Shown: piece after piece, positions 61,526 to 64,000 of the stretch
Layout of the letters: every line of letters begins with the position of its first letter
Numbering within the stretch: the first letter of the stretch is position 1
Origin: Octopus vulgaris
Lineage: Eukaryota
Length of the DNA: 64,000 nt
Reading direction: 5' to 3'
Assembly (NCBI GenBank): GCA_951406725.2
Contig: OX597824.1
Location: 11,098,001 to 11,162,000 of the forward strand
Notes under the pieces: generated by a model
The model's input: the letters and a program-made list of their open reading frames with translations, nothing else
Told to the model about the DNA's origin: nothing
Database searches by the model: none
Position numbers and translations under genes: made by a program

Positions 61526-64000
61526 ATTTTTACTGATATAAACTAATTAACTAGTAAGTGGGGAAAAAAAAAGTTGCTTTGCAACCACATGGTTCTGGGT
61601 TCAGTTCCAATGTGTGGCACTATGGGCAGACAGAAACCGAAAGAAGCCTGGGTTCAGCCCTGTGTGGCCAATAAAGAAAGTTATGAAGTATTAAAGGTCA
61701 ACTTATTGAGTTATCTCCCTTGTCACCTTTGTCCACCATGCATATCGTAACTTACAAGAACAATGAAATAATTACCAGACAAAACCTTAGGGTCAATACA
61801 ATTGATTAAAACCTTTAAAGGGTGTACTCCAGCATGACCGGAGTACACCCATTGAAAACTAGTAAAAGAATGCTACGGTTGTTTTTTCCTACATAGTGTA
61901 TTTTAGGACTACACATTCAACATTCTTCCCTTTAGTTTTTTTTTTTTAAAAAAAAGGTGTAATTTGAGGGTGTTTTGCTGCTATGACTAACAGTCTGGGG
62001 GTAGTGATCAACAACTTTTTATAATGGCCTACTTGATATTTTTAGATGTGTTTATGGCTTATATGTTAATCATATCTTACAGATAATAATATCCTTGCAT
62101 GCCCACCACCTATCTTTTTTTCCCATCCCTGGCAATGTTTATGTAAGCAAAAATCAAATTATTACAAAAGACTGTTTAAAAGCCATCAACTGTTCAGTGG
62201 CTTGGGTTAGAAGATCACTTCTAAACCAAATGGTTTTGGGTTCAGTCCCTCTGCACAGCACCTTGGGTAAGTGTCTTTTTACAATAACCCCAAATCAACC
62301 AATGCCTTGAGAGTGAATTTGGTAGATGGAAACTGTATGGAAGCCCATCATATGTACACATGTATGCGTGTGTGTGTGTGTGTGTTGGTATTGGTGCCCC
62401 TGCCACATGACAACAGGTGTTGGTTTATTTATGTTCTTGTAACTTAACAGTTCAGCAAAAAAGGCCAACAGAATGTGCTAGACTTAAAAAAAAAAGTACT
62501 GAGGTTGATTCAAAACGGTGCTTCAGCATGGCCACAGTCCAGTGACTGAAACAAATAAAAGAAAATAAAGATAAATGTTTGAGACTCAAAGAGAATATTT
62601 CAGTGGTCCACCTGCAACCAATCCTTAGCACAGAAGCTCCCTTATTGGTTTAGTTGTATTAGCAAATAAATAAAGTCACGTACATTGAACCTGAATCTAA
62701 GAGGGAGTTCAAAACTTAGGCCTCAGTGAAATACTTTACTGGTATTTTGTATATTAGTTTTCATTGAAATCAACCAGTAACAAGTAAAATTTGAGCCAAC
62801 AGCCCTAAGACCTCAACCTGAATACCAAGAAGAATTTGGATTCTTTGAAAACAAACATCAACTTGTAGAAATTGTGAGCCGAGTAATCAGCTGTGCCAGT
62901 CTTATCAAGCTTTTGCTTGACCTTTCTGTCTCATTCTCAAGTCTAGCAAACGACCATAAGGGTCAGGCCAGCATTTCTTATTCAGACTGATAATTATTTA
63001 TTACATAGGCACAAGCCACAAACTTTTGGTTGAAGTACTTATATTTTGCCTCATGCCAAGACTAAAAAAAACCCCCAAAAAACAGCCCCTGCTGACCAAA
63101 CACAACACTATGATTAATATCAACTGTCATTGATAATTAAAAAAAAATCAAACATTAAAAAAAATATTTATTAACAGTGAAACAATAGCTGTTGCTGTTT
63201 ATGAGGATAGCCATGGGTCAGTTTTGCTGTATTACACACAAAACAGAAGCAGAAAACCAAAGATGTTAAGCTGAACAGATCTTTGTTACAACACCCACCC
63301 TATTTCACTAACCGAGATGATTATTTGGTTAAGGGTTCTAATCATGGCATTCTGGTCTAAAATGTGATCACATTTTGAAAACTGGTAAAATAGTCATTGA
63401 TAAAGATTTAGCTGTTACACTGTAAGGGTTGAAAGGAGAACATAACATTTTCTTCACTGACATGTAACAGCTCACATTCTTGGTTAAAATAGATCTACGT
63501 GATAAAATGGTTTACACAATGCTTGGAAATTCTTAACTGCTGCAACTTTATAAGCAAATAACCAGCAGAACTGAATAAGCTTTGGTAAAATGTGAACTCA
63601 AAATAACGAAGCACTAATTAATTAAACAGTGCAGTAAGGCTGATTTTGTAACAAAGGTTTGTCTTCCCTTAATACCGAATTTCAGCTACTCATATGAACT
63701 GTGTGAGTATTAAAAGGAACCGTGTGAAGTATCTGCAGGATACGGAACTTCAAGGAGTTACTAAACTGGGAATCATAGACTGGAGTAACCATTCACTGAA
63801 CCAGTGGTCCAAAAATGAAAAGGGAAAGTGAAAGTACATTTTAAATTTAACAATTTGTGCCCAAAGCTCTCTTTCAAAAGAATATGTGTTAAATCCCTGA
63901 TCAAGCTCCTTTATTTTCCGATTTCAGTTCCAGTATTTTTTTTTTTTTCTGTTGCACCAGACAAAAGAAGAATACGGCCGGGATTAAAACATAAAAAATG

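Noticed and set aside
63745-63815. SECIS-like hairpin on the minus strand
   Set aside because: Only about 7 bp pair, no apical AA motif, no linked selenoprotein.

Overview
Eukaryotic, AT-rich, repeat-dense DNA. The SINE/LINE/MITE families and microsatellite style point to an octopus (coleoid cephalopod); this is inferred from remembered repeat families, not from a search. Almost all ORFs in the supplied track are microsatellite or repeat artefacts. One complete 5-exon gene was reconstructed by hand on the minus strand: join(42237..42422, 26692..26763, 25733..25787, 22372..22408, 18861..18948), 438 nt, all introns GT-AG, phases 0/0/1/2. It encodes a 145-aa protein with a signal peptide, a 14-Cys domain resembling the C-terminal domain of vertebrate HRC (sarcoplasmic reticulum histidine-rich Ca-binding protein) and a C-terminal KEEL ER-retrieval motif. 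Its promoter carries a perfect ER-stress element (CCAAT-N9-CCACG). Also present: decayed exons of a receptor-type PTP pseudogene (about 6.0-10.3 kb, minus), a tRNA-headed element with a degenerate minimal hammerhead ribozyme in a head-to-head palindrome, SINE multimers with one fixed junction, LINE 3' ends sharing tails with resident SINEs, a 6x249-bp MITE array, fold-backs, Helitrons, hAT/pogo/Mutator/piggyBac-type MITEs and a rearranged mariner remnant. SINE family labels A-E are my own. Repeat boundaries are approximate; exon and motif coordinates were counted by hand.
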